A stretch of DNA of 64,000 nucleotides from Macrostomum lignano (lineage: Eukaryota): contig NIVC01000290.1 of assembly GCA_002269645.1 (NCBI GenBank), positions 89,108 through 153,107 on the forward strand. The letters run 5' to 3'. Positions within the stretch are counted from its first letter, which is position 1; every line of letters starts with the position of its first letter. The notes below the pieces were generated by a model. It saw only the letters and a program-made list of their open reading frames with translations. It had not been told where the DNA came from and did not search any database. Shown here in pieces: positions 1 to 20,089 of the stretch. The translations under genes and the position numbers were made by a program.

Positions 1-1382
1 CAAATATAATTATTATTTTTAGTTTTTAACTTTGTCTAATTGAATTTAGATATTGAAATCATCAGTTTAGTAGTATCATTTCAAAATTTATGATTTAGAG
101 CTTTGCATAAAGTAGTGCATATGCATATAGTGTACATTGGCTTATACCAAAGATTTAGATAGTATTTTTCTGAGGTACATATAAAATGTTCCAAACTATA
201 GGTTGGATACATGCCAGAATGTATACTAGAGAGTTTTTTGTTTGCATACCTATTGCATGCAGTTGTTGCCATGCTTGCCAATTACATGTTATGCACACTG
301 TGCTATAAAAATTAAAAATTGACAATAAATTATAATACAAAAAAGCAGAAGAATACACTTTTAAATGCCATAAGAATTAAAACATAATATAAAGATTTTC
401 TCGCACAAAAATATTTTTGTTTTGCAGTATAAATAAATAAGATAAAGCAGATTTACAAGTATTTTCAAGAACTATGGTATGTTCTATAATATAGAATTAT
501 AACACCCTCTGCCATATCTCAACACTCAAGAAGACATGTCCCACTTTCATGCCACATTCTATGCCATCAAGCTCTTTTACACCATAGCATGCCACTTCTG
601 CCATACAATATCCAAATGCATGCCCATGGATGCCAACATTCTTTGGCCAAATCAAATGCAAACTAGAATTTTCTGGCATGATATATGCCTTCTAGAGTAT
701 AGTTAAAATTTGGTAGTGCTTCATTTGGTTGCACTGTCTAAGTAAATGTCTAGCTATTTTTGGTCACATAGAGACAAAATATGCTCTAGAGTGCTTTATG
801 CTTTAGAATAATTATAATTGGTAAATATGCTTTCTGTTATTTCTTCTACTTAGCATTTATTAGATACTAGCTATAACCCCCTTGTGCCATATAAAACTCA
901 GACACTTATGCAACATATCAGCATTATCACTCATTCCTTTTGGGCTATAGAGAACTCTTGGACACTTTCTGTGCCACATTAGCATTATCACTTATTAGGA
1001 CTAGCACAAATTTAAAATATTTTTGTAAACTAAAGGTTATTAGTATTACTTTAAGACCAATTGCTTAAGCTATGTCCTTATTGGAATAGATTTTCAAATG
1101 TAGCAATCAGCCCAAGATATATAGATATTTTAGACATAGTGCACTGCATTGCTTCATATATTTGGGAATATTTGCTTGTCCTTTGCACTGCCATGTCCAC
1201 ATGGCATGCAATTCTATAGGGGTAGCTCAGCCGAGGCCGTGCAAGGGTCTACTTCGGAATTTTCAATATTGACCCATCACAAAATCACATTCATAAGCTT
1301 AATAAGCAGGTGTTGCAGCTGGTAACCATGAACTAAAGCACATCACCAGAACTCTGCCCGAAATCTATTCATGCGGTCCCCT

Positions 1383-3449
1383 ATGGCGCTGGTTGGCCGC
1401 TGCCTCCGCCGATGCCTGCTGCTGCGCCCGCCCCAAACTGCTGGCTTCAGCGCGGCCGCCGCTCCCGCAGCAGCGCCCGCTGCACCCGGGCCACCTGCGT
1501 CTGCGGCGGATTCTCCACTTAACTGGCAGCCAGCCAAGAATGTCACCATGGAGCAGAGCTTGCGTATTGATGATTACTTTCAGGTAATCAAAATCCATGT
1601 CCCTGAGCCGTCTCGCGATTGCTTCTTTAAACCAGCCTTCCAAGCTCTTCTCGAATATGATAGCTTCACCTTAAATAAGCCTTCAAAACTCTTCTCAAAT
1701 ATGGTAGCTTCTCCTTAAATCGGCCTTCAAAACTCTTCTCGAATATGGTAGCTTCTTCTTAAATCGCCCTTCGAAACTCTTCTCAAATATGGTATTTTAT
1801 TAGAGGCAGGGGGTTGTGTGCACCCTGGCGCACTTTAAGCGACATAGGCACACAACCGGCGAGAGGCATTACTGCCCATTCCGCCGACTCCCCTGAGCAG
1901 GCACACAAGCGCGCGGATACGTACGCAGGCACACACTCACACAGGAGTGTACAGCGGCCCTAACTTTATTTTAACGTTAGGCATGTACACTTCACTGTGC
2001 CTTGGGGGGTTGGCTCTCAAGGCCGTTAATTGCACGAGCAGAGCCAAGCCGAGATTCCAATTCAGCCCCAAATTAATGTGACTGCACTTGAAATCGAGCC
2101 TGGGTCGCTGGCATACCAGAGCAGCTGCGCTACCGCTGGGCTACGGCCCCCCTCCCTCAAATATGGTAGCTTCTTGAATCGGCCTTCAAAACTCTTCTCG
2201 AATATGGTAGCTTCTCCTTGAATCGGCCTTCAAAACTCTTCTCGAATATGGTAGCTTCTCCTTAAATCGGCCTTCAAAACTCTTCTCGAATATGGTAGCT
2301 TCTCCTTAAATCGGCCTTCAAAACTCTTCTCGATTATGGTAGCTTCTTCTTAAATCGGCCTTCAAAAGACCGACTCCACCACCCACTCCGTTGCCCAGGT
2401 GAACCGGTTGGTCAGCAAGCGCCAGCTGATGGAGCACCGAGTCCACCTTGGCCACAAGGCCGGTTGCCGCAGCGAATGGATGACGCCCAGCCTCTTTGGC
2501 TGCCGGTGCGGCGTCGACATCATCGACTTGGAGCAGACGGCGCCTTTGTTGCGCCGGGCCCTCAACTTCACCGCTCACGTGGCCGCCCGAGGCGGCATCG
2601 TTCTGTTCCTGTGGCAGGGCTGGCCCGCCCTGTCGCCCCTGGTGGAACGACGCGCCGCCGAGATGGGCGAATTCGCCTACACCCGGCCCTGGGTGGACCA
2701 GGCGGTCACCGATGCCGCCACTTATTTCGATACGGCCACCCGGCTGCCCGACCTGGCCGTGTTCCTCTCCTGCATGAGCCCCGTCATGCTGCCGCATCCC
2801 GCCATTGCCGCCTGTGCCAAGGTGCGCCACTTTGACCTTTAGTCATTGCTGGGATTAGGCATTTGACCTTTGACCTTAGTAATTTCCAGTATATATTTTT
2901 TGACCTTTGACCTCAGAACTTACCATAATGTAGTATTTGACCTTTGACCTTAGCAATTGCCAGTATATATTTTTTGACCTTTGACCTCAGAACTTACGAT
3001 TATGTAGTATTTGACCTTTGACCTTAACTTGCCAGTAGATGTTGTGCACTTTCTGAGATTGGTGCTTCATTTGACCCCAACTCCGAGTTGTGCTAGCTTT
3101 GATTGGGTGCTTTTGTTTTTTCGACCTTTTTTGAGCTCAGTACATTTGTATAGGAGTGCAAAGATAAAATCCAGCAACCCCAATCCAACAGGTTATGATT
3201 CCCACCGTTGGCATCTGCGACTCGAACTCGGACCCTCGTCTGGTGACCTACCCGGTGCCCGGCAACGATGACTCGCCGCAGGCGATACAGCTGTACATGG
3301 CGCTCTTCGCTGAGGCCATCAGGCGCGGCAAGGCCGCCTTCGCTCAGTGGTCGGCCGAGGCTCCGCAGGGCAGTTCGGCCGGAGACAAGGAGGCCTGGTG
3401 CGGGCTGCGCCGGTGGGCTGGGGGGTCTACAGGGCACTGTTGGTGTTGA
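1383..3449 (+). CDS. MRPS2: Mitochondrial ribosomal protein S2 (uS2m), spliced; exons 1383-1583, 2399-2821, 3192-3449 (or spliced onward to 4132, see next feature)
   Basis: The joined frame gives an Arg/Ala/Leu-rich presequence, then the uS2 motifs [31 protein letters not shown] and [26 protein letters not shown]. Junctions are CAG|GTAAT (1583), CCAG|GTG (2399), AAG|GTGCG (2821) and ACAG|GTT (3192), all phase 0. Confidence 0.93.
1640..2370. repeat. 44-bp minisatellite in MRPS2 intron 1, split by a SINE
   Basis: Unit CCTTCAAAACTCTTCTCGAATATGGTAGCTTCTCCTTAAATCGG, period 44, present on both sides of the insert. Confidence 0.9.
1795..2155 (-). mobile_element. tRNA-derived SINE, ~360 bp, 13-bp TSD
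   Basis: The minus-strand head GGGGCCGTAGCCCAGCGG...GGCTCGATTTC has A/B boxes and the tail ends in TAATAAAA. CTCAAATATGGTA is duplicated at 1782-1794 and 2156-2168. A second copy of the head lies at ~21097. Confidence 0.8.
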
Positions 3450-3594
3450 ATCCGGCTTTCTGGCATCGGATTTAGAGATTTAGGCGTTTTAACTGAGAAC
3501 CATTTTTATACAAGAGTCCTTTAAATTTGTATGCCATTTTATCAAGCCCGATTACCATTTTTAATCGGAATCAGAACGCCAAGTTGAAGCTAAA

Positions 3595-4120
3595 CAGATG
3601 CCATTTGTAAAAACCAGATGCCAATTTTGAAAACCCAGATGCCATTTGTGAAAAACCAGATGCCATTTGTGAAAAACCAGATGCCATTTGTGAAAAACCA
3701 GATGCCATTTGTGAAAACCCAGATGCCATTTGTAAAAACCCAGATGCCATTTGTGAAAACCCAGATGCCATTTGTGAAAAACCATATGCCATTTGTAAAA
3801 ACCCAGATGCCATTTGTGAAAAACCAGATGCCATTTGTGAAAACCCAGATGCCATTTGTAAAAACCCAGATACCATTTGTGAAAAACCCAGATGCCATTT
3901 GTGAAAACCCAGATGCCATTTGTAAAAAACCTGATGCCATTTGTGAGAACCCAGATGTTATTTTTGAAAATCTAGGTGCCATTTTTGAAAATCTAGATGC
4001 CATTTGTGAAAATCCATATGCCATTTTTAAAGACCCAGTTGCCATTTATTAAAAGCCCAGACGCCATTTCAAAGCCCAGACGCCATTTCAAAACCCAGAC
4101 GCCATTTCAAAACCCAGACG
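3595..4120. repeat. 21-22 bp minisatellite (CAGATGCCATTTGTGAAAAAC)
   Basis: About 24 tandem units. They produce the spurious repetitive ORFs between 3561 and 4052. Confidence 0.92.
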
Positions 4121-4131
4121 CCACTACACAG

Positions 4132-4441
4132 CCAAAGTTTTCCACCCTGGCAACCCGAGTCCCATCCTGACTCTGCCGTCCCGCTTCCCAATTTCAGTTC
4201 CGCTGCCGACCCTCGCGACGCATTTCGTCGAGTCCAATCGCAGGCGCTCAGACCGCCCGAACAGCCGGTGGACTCGGCCGGCGCTGATGCCGCCGGATCT
4301 GCCAGCCAGCAGCGACAGAGTCGGCAGCGCTCGGAGCCTCGGCAGCAGCCCTTGCGGCCCTCTGCCCGGCGTCCGCAGTCACCGGACAGCCACCGGAAGC
4401 CGCGGGCGCCGCCGCCACCGCCCAGAGACGAACTCGACTGA
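4132..4441 (+). CDS. Putative terminal exon 4 of MRPS2 (low-complexity Q/R/P-rich C-terminal extension)
   Basis: GC-rich block after the acceptor ACACAG|C. It is open for 102 codons to TGA 4439-4441 in phase 2, which matches phase-2 donors at 3397 or 3412 in exon 3. Confidence 0.5.
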
Positions 4442-4679
4442 CGAGAGGCCTTTGCGCAATCATTGTTTCCTCTGCTCCTCTTTTTTCTAATCTGTCGCTG
4501 AATTTTCACGCCTCTGTGTAATAGAGCAGCCATGCATGCATGCTAGTTTTCAAGTAGTATCCGTGTCCAGTGCACTCGTTCCTATTAATATCTGTTTATT
4601 GTGAATTAAAAGTATGCAACTAGACAGCTGTGCTTTTCTGATATTTGTGTTTCGATAAATTTTACTAAAGTAAATGAGC

Positions 4680-5250
4680 AGCTCACCTGTGCTCAAGGTC
4701 GGGATTTAGCAGCTCACCTATACTCCAGGTGGGGATTTAGCAGCTCACCTGTGCTCCTGGTAGGGATTTAGCAGCTCACCTGTGCTCCTGGTAGGGATTT
4801 AGCAGCTCACCTGTGCTCCTGGTAGGGATTTAGCAGCTCACCTGTGCTCCTGGTAGGGATTTAGCAGCTCACCTGTGCTCCTGGTAGGGATTTAGCAGCT
4901 CACCTGTGCTCCAGGTGGGGATTTAGCAGCTCACCTATACTCCAGGTGGGGATTTAGCAGCTCACCTGTGCTCCTGATAGGGATTTAGCAGCTCACCTGT
5001 GCTCCTGGTAGGGATTTAGCAGCTCACCTGTGCTCCTGGTAGGGATTTAGCAGCTCACCTGTGCTCCTGGTAGGGATTTAGCAGCTCACCTGTGCTCCAG
5101 GTGGGGATTTAGCAGCTCACCTGTGCTCCAGGTAGAGATTTAGCAGCTCACCTGTGCTCCTGGTAGGGATTTAGCAGCTCACCTGTGCTCCTGGTAGGGA
5201 TTTAGCAGCTCACCTGTGCTCCAGGGGGGGATTTAGCGGCTCACCTGGGC
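4680..5250. repeat. 31-bp minisatellite between MRPS2 and ERAL1
   Basis: Unit AGCAGCTCACCTGTGCTCCTGGTAGGGATTT, ~18 copies. Confidence 0.93.
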
Positions 5251-5375
5251 CAGTCCAGTCGAATAATGGATGGTGCAGCAAGCATTCACTACTCATAGCA
5301 GCAGGTGTGGCCGTATGTCGAAGCAGGTTATCAGGATGATAAAAGAGATAATACTACTTTCAGTAGCTCCAAAGC

Positions 5376-8300
5376 ATGCACAATAGCATAAGCACTGTTG
5401 CATCGAATCTCCAGGCTGCAGTTTCGTCGGCAGTTCGAATCTGCCGCGGCGGCTGCCACCAGCAGAGACTCCCGGCTCTGCTGTTCAGCCGGGCCGCCGC
5501 CTCAGCAGCTGCCGACCTTCCAGCCGCTGCGCAGGCGGACAAGTCGGTCGAGAAGGCGCGCAGCCTGTGGCAGAAGCTCTCCTACCTGCGCCCGGACTCG
5601 CCGCCCGATGCCCGCCTGCTGCGCGTGGCCGTGCTGGGCCCCACCGGCGTGGGCAAGAGCTCGTTGGTCAACATGCTGTCCTGCTACAGGTCCTGCGCCG
5701 TGTCCCAGCGGATCAACACCACCCGCTCCAAGCAGGCCGTCATCAGCACCCGGGGCAACTCACAGCTGGTTTTCCTGGACCTGCCGGGGCTGCTCAGCGA
5801 ACAGAGGCGAAAGCGCTTCAACCTGGAGAACTACATCATGCGGGATGTGCACTCCACCGTGTTTCAGGTGGGACCTGCTGATGAACACCTGCCTCGTTTC
5901 ATTAGCTCTCAGTACCAGTGCTTGTCTACAACTGCCATCTTACTGCGCCTCTTCTCCCCCACTCCCCTCTTCTCCCCGCTCCCCTCTTCTCCCCGCTCCC
6001 CTCTTCTCCCCGCTCCCCTATTCTCACCCGCTCCTCTCTTCTCCCCCACTCCCCTCTTCTCACCCGCTCCTCTCTTCTCCCCCGCTTCCCTCTTCTCCCC
6101 CGCTCCTCTCTTCTCCCCCACTCCCCTCTTCTCACCCGCTCCTCTCTTCTCCCCCGCTCCCCTCTTCTCCCCCGCTCTCCTCTTCTGCCCCGCTCCCCTC
6201 TTCTCCCCCACTCTCCTCTTCTCCCCCGCTCCTCTCTTCTCCCCAGCTCCCCTATTCTCACCCGCTCCTCTCTTCTCCCCCGCTCCCCTATTCTCACCCG
6301 CTCCTCTCTTCTCCCCCACTCCCCTCTTCTCACCCGCTCCTCTCTTCTCCCCCACTCCCCTCTTCTCACCCGCTCCTCTCTTCTCCCCCGCTCCCCTCTT
6401 CTCCCCGCTCCCCTCTTCTCCCCCGCTCCCCTCTTCTCCCCCACTCCCCTCTTCTCCCCCGCTCCCCTATTCTCACCCGCTCCTCTCTTCTCCCCCGCTC
6501 CCCTATTCTCACCCGCTCCTCTCTTCTCCCCCACTCCCCTCTTCTCACCCGCTCCTCTCTTCTCCCCGCTCCCCTCTTCTCCCCCGCTCCCCTCTTCTCC
6601 CCCGCTCCTCTCTTCTCCCCCACTCCCCTCTTCTCACCCGCTCCTCTCTTCTCCCCGCTCCCCTCTTCTCCCCGCTCCCCTCTTCTCCCCCGCTCCCCTA
6701 TTCTCACCCGCTCCTCTCTTCTCCCCCACTCCCCTCTTCTCACCCGCTCCTCTCTTCTCCCCGCTCCCTCTTCTCCCCCGCTCCTCTCTTCTCCCCCGCT
6801 CCCCTCTTCTCCCCCGCTCCCCTCTTCTCCCCCACTCCCCTCTTCTCCCCCGCTCCTCTCTTCTCCCCGCTCCCCTCTTCTCCCCCGCTCCCCTCTTCTC
6901 CCCCACTCTCCTCTTCTCCCCCGCTCCTCTCTTCTCCCCCGCTCCCCTATTTTCACCCGCTCCTCTCTTCTCCCCCGCTCCTCTCTTCTCCCCCGCTCCT
7001 CTCTTCTCCCCCGCTCCTCTCTTCTCCCCCGCTCCTCTCTTCTCCCCCGCTCCCCTCTTCTCCCCCGCTCCTCTCCCCTCCTCTCCGCTCCTCTTCTCCG
7101 CCTCTCTCAGCCTCATATCCTTGTCTCTGCCTTACGATAAGCAATCTGGTGATGCATCACGTGCCAGTTTGTGACCTGCTGCCGCCACTTGCCCGCAGGC
7201 CGACCTCATCCTGGTGATGGCCGACGTCTCCCACAAGCCGTCGCGCAGCCGCCTGGACCCGGAGGTGCTGAAGGCGCTGCATTACTTTGCCGACAAGCCG
7301 TCTGTGCTGGTGCTGAACAAGGTGGACCTCCTGCGCGGCAGCCGGGTGCGCCTGCTGGACACGGTCCGCTGCCTCACCGACGGTGTGGTGGCCGGCCGGG
7401 TGAGCCACGTGGACAAGTACGCCGGCCGCATCGAGGCCATCGACCGGGCCGTCCGCGAGCTGCAGGCGCTGGAGGGCCGCGCTGAGGTTGGTTGGTGATG
7501 ATCCTGGCTGACTGGGGGCATCGAACCCGGGACGTTGGTTACTGTACTCGTTACACATTCCCGACCAAAGCTATCGATTGCTGGAATCGAACCCAGGACC
7601 TTTGGCTTATATATATGTTACGGACCAAGACCATTGTTGGAACCGAATCCGGGAACGTGACTAATAAATACTCGTACACGTTATAGATCCTAGGAATCGA
7701 ACCCTGGACCTTCCACAATCGGTTGACCCTGTGGAACCCTCTTCACCCGTTGAATTTTCCGCCCAGGCCGCAGACGAGGCCGCCCTCACGGACGGCAGCG
7801 ACTGGCACGGCCGCTGGGACCCGAGCTGGGAGCGGTACCTGGTGCCCCCTGTGGAGCGGCTGCAGCGGCACCTGTTGCCTCCGCCCGACGTTCTCATGTG
7901 GGGCCCCAACCCGCCCGCGCCGACTCCGCTGCTGCTTGAGGAGAACCGGCGAGTCGCACTGCTGGACGACGAAGCGGACGAGCAACGGCTGCTGACGGCT
8001 GTGCCCGACGGCGGTGAGGGGGCGACTGAGAACGAAGGTGAGTGAGCTCGGTGTCCTGAGACTGTCATATCCCCCACTGTCCCTGTGACTTCCATTGTCC
8101 CTGATTAGCATGTGACCTCCATTGTCCCTGATTAGCTTGTGACCTCCATTGTCCCTGATTAGCCTGTGACCTCCATTGTCCCTGATTAGCCTGTGACCTC
8201 CATTGTCCCTGATTAGCCTGTGACCTCCATTGTCCCTGATTAGCCTGTGACCTCCATTGTCCCTGATTAGCCTGTGACCTCCATTGTCCCTGATTAGCCT

Positions 8301-8730
8301 GTGACCTCCATTGTCCCTGATTAGCTTGTGACCTCCATTGTCCCTGATTAGCCTGTGATCTCCATTGTCCCTGATTAGCCTGTGACCTCCATTGTCCCTG
8401 ATTAGCCTGTGATCTCCATTTCCCTTCTCCCAATTCATTTCGATCTCTTTATCCCTTCATTCACAGACGACGACCCGCTGCCCGCCAGCCTGGCCGAGGC
8501 CGACGACCGTAGCGCATTGGCCAGCGGGGGGCGGCCGCCCAGCCTCTCGCAGCTGGACCCGTTCGCCCTTTGGCTGCGCGAGCAAATGCTGCTTGGCGCC
8601 GTCACCAAAGAGGAGGCCCTGGCGCGCCGGCGACGCTGGCGCGAAATTGGCTGCCTGATTCAGGGCCAGGCCACGTGGCGCGGCTTCCAGGTGAGACCCG
8701 GTTGCTGGGGGAATACTGTCTATCTGTCTA

Positions 8731-8827
<97 letters not shown>

Positions 8828-9345
8828 GTTTCTGTCTCCATCTGCCTACCCATCCACCCCATCCGCAGGAGGTGTTCATGGTGTCGGCCGCCACGGGCCA
8901 CGGAGTGGACCGGCTCCGGGATTACCTATTCTCCATCGCGCTGCCCCGGCCGTGGCTTTTCCACAGCTCCTGCCTGTCGGACATGGAGCCGCTGGACCTG
9001 GTCCGCATGTGCATCTGGGCCCGCTGCCTGGACCTGCTTCCCCAGGAGGTGCCGTACCGCCTGGGCTTCGAACTGCTGGACCTGGACCGCTCCCGCGACG
9101 GCCGTTTGTTCATCAGCGCGCGCATCCGCTGCCCCTCGCTGCGCGCCCTCGCCTGCGTGATCGGGCAGGACGGCGCCAACATCCGCGAGATCGCCACCAG
9201 GTCCAAGGAAGAGCTGCAGGACGTCTTCAAGTCTGGAGTGGTGCTGAAGCTCTCGGCTGTGCGGTCCACCGTGCCGGGCGGACACCTCAAGCTGATGAAG
9301 CAGGCCGAGTCCTTTGCCCAGCTGCTGCCCGACGTGTCCCACTGA
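5376..9345 (+). CDS. ERAL1: Mitochondrial Era GTPase; exons 5376-5867, 7199-7486, 7767-8037, 8467-8690, 8869-9345
   Basis: G1 RVAVLGPTGVGKS, G2 NTTR, G3 DLPG, G4 LNKVD, G5 FMVSA, then a KH-II domain with LPQEVPY and IGQDG. Exon phases (0,0,1,0) are consistent with GT-AG junctions. The start codon is less certain. Confidence 0.9.
5945..7110. repeat. Near-pure pyrimidine ~18-bp minisatellite, ERAL1 intron 1
   Basis: (CTCTTCTCCCCCGCTCC)-type units over ~1.15 kb. Confidence 0.93.
8080..8420. repeat. 27-bp minisatellite, ERAL1 intron 3
   Basis: TGTGACCTCCATTGTCCCTGATTAGCC, ~12 copies. Confidence 0.92.
8716..8826. repeat. (CTGT)n microsatellite, ERAL1 intron 4
   Basis: Direct reading of the sequence. 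Confidence 0.95.
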
Positions 9346-9564
9346 GGACTCGCATTTCACACTGCCTGCGAGAGTTCTGAGACTGCCTTTATTAGCTGTA
9401 CAAATACAGACCGGAGCAGGCGGCCACCGCCTTGCCTAAATCTGCCCATAAATGCTGTTCGAATCCCTGTTTTTTCCTTTGTTACTTTTCTGCAGATTTT
9501 TGCGATTTGCAAGTCCTGCGCTTGCTACTCCAAGTAGCAGTTACATGTAGCTAAATTGGTCAGC

Positions 9565-9660
9565 TTCAGTCAGTCAGTCAGCCAGTCAGTCAGTCAGTCA
9601 GTCAGTCAGCCAGTCAGTCAGTCAGTCAGTCAGTCAGTCAGTCAGTCAGTCAGTCAGTCA

Positions 9661-9705
<45 letters not shown>

Positions 9706-10115
9706 CTAGTCAGTCAGTCAGTCAGTCAGTCAGTCAGTCAGTCAGTCAGTCAGTCAGTCAGTCAGTCAGTCAGTCAGTCAGCTAGTCAGTCAGTCAGTCA
9801 GTCAGTCAGCCAGTCAGTCAGTCAGTCAGTCAGTCAGTCAGTCAGTCAGTCAGTCAGTCAATTTTTAGTCAGTGGCCATGTGCCGCTGTGTCAAATCAAT
9901 CAGTCAATCTGCAGCCGGCAAGGATGCAGCAGCCGGCAAGGATGCAGCAGCCGGCAAGGATGCAGCAGCCGGCAAGGATGCAGCAGCCGGCAAGGATGCA
10001 GCAGCCGGCAAGGATGCAGCAGCCGGCAAGGATGCAGCAGCCGGCAAGGATGCAGCAGCCGGCAAGGATGCAGCAGCCGGCAAGGATGCAGCAGCCGGCA
10101 AGGATGCAGCAGCCA
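9565..10115. repeat. (CAGT)n microsatellite (9565-9860) followed by an 18-bp repeat GCAGCCGGCAAGGATGCA (9910-10115)
   Basis: Direct reading of the sequence. Confidence 0.93.
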
Positions 10116-11145
10116 GTCCTGCTCATTCTTGACCCGAGAGCGGGCACACGGATGCTTAGGCAGGCACGCGCTGCTGCTTCAGTCAGAAAGTGAAATTTGG
10201 CCTCGCGAGAATCGAACCCAGGTGCTTTAGCGCGAGGAATCAAACTCGGGGACCGGAGCTGGGAGAAGGGAGTGATCGAATAGAGAGTTTGAAAAGTCCA
10301 GAATAGGAACAGGATCGCAGTGTGGCAACCGCCGTGCATGTCTTCTCTATGCCGACAGGTCTCAGCAAAGTCTGGCAAGTGCAGCAGTCAGCCAGACTGG
10401 CAGATTTCGCTACTGTTCTCTTGCGCAGGCCGGGTCTGCTGCCCCGAATATATCGGCATTCCAACGCCCGCCTGCGGCTCTGGGCACGATGTGTTCAACC
10501 ACCTGAGGAGGCCCCGCTCTGGCTTGGCATTTTCCGAATTCGTCAGAACTGCGCACTTCGCTCCGGCCTTTCCTGCACTGGCACCTGCTGACAGTTTTTG
10601 GTCAGTTCTGGGCTGCTTGACTGGCTGCCTTACTGCTGAGAAGTGCAGATTCATAGCATGGAATTCATGCCTTTCTACTCCACTTTGCTGGTCTCGTCTT
10701 TGCCAGGTGCAACTCCTGAATCTCCAGCAATGAATGACTGATGCGCTCAGTTGCAACCAGTGAAGGACTCCCATGGGCGAATTTTATCTTTTAACTACCA
10801 TCTCCCTCCCTCCCTTCCACCCCCTCTTCCCTCTCTGCTCTCTCCTCTCCCCTCCATTCTCTCCTTTCTTTCCAATCTCTTTCCTCTCTACTCCAAAAGA
10901 GCCAAAACTCAGTCCGATCTCGAGAGCGGAAAAACAGGCCACCGCCTTTGACTGTGGGGCCCTTGAACCGTCAGTCAGCCAATCAGACGGGGGGGGGGCA
11001 GAACTGAGCGTCTCTCTACGGTATTTGAGTGAAACCCTAGGAATGGCTGAACAGCGCTTGTCCCGACAGCAGCTGACAGCCCTCTCTGTTGCCAGCCCCG
11101 CGCCACCTTGCTTATCGAACCGTCATCTTCAAGGAGTGACGCACA

Positions 11146-19950
<8,805 letters not shown>

Positions 19951-20089
19951 GAGGGGGAGGCTGGGGACTCAGTTTGATGGCGGAACCAAATGTGTCATTT
20001 GCAATTTGCATTATTGGGACTGGCTGTTCTCAACTGGGCCATCCTTGATCGCGCTTTGAGTAGCTTGGAAGGGCTTGGAAGCTGTCGGA

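Noticed and set aside
1-1300. Short ORFs in the AT-rich first 1.3 kb
   Set aside because: They have no recognisable motifs, codon bias or splice framework.
2080-2155. Genuine tRNA genes at 2080-2155, 7510-7712, 10200, 21100 and 58900
   Set aside because: They have Pol III boxes or T-arms, but I could not fold complete cloverleaves with acceptor stems.
4424-4441. RDEL as an ER-retention signal
   Set aside because: It is followed by one more Asp before the stop, and the protein has a mitochondrial presequence.
4248-4463. Minus-strand 71-aa ORF resembling a mitochondrial presequence peptide
   Set aside because: It is better explained as the antisense shadow of the GC-rich putative MRPS2 exon 4 and has no independent support.
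5376-7217. 613-aa ORF suggesting ERAL1 fused to a long Pro/Leu/Ser domain
   Set aside because: It is read-through of a stop-free pyrimidine minisatellite intron. Splicing 5867 to 7199 restores the normal Era fold.
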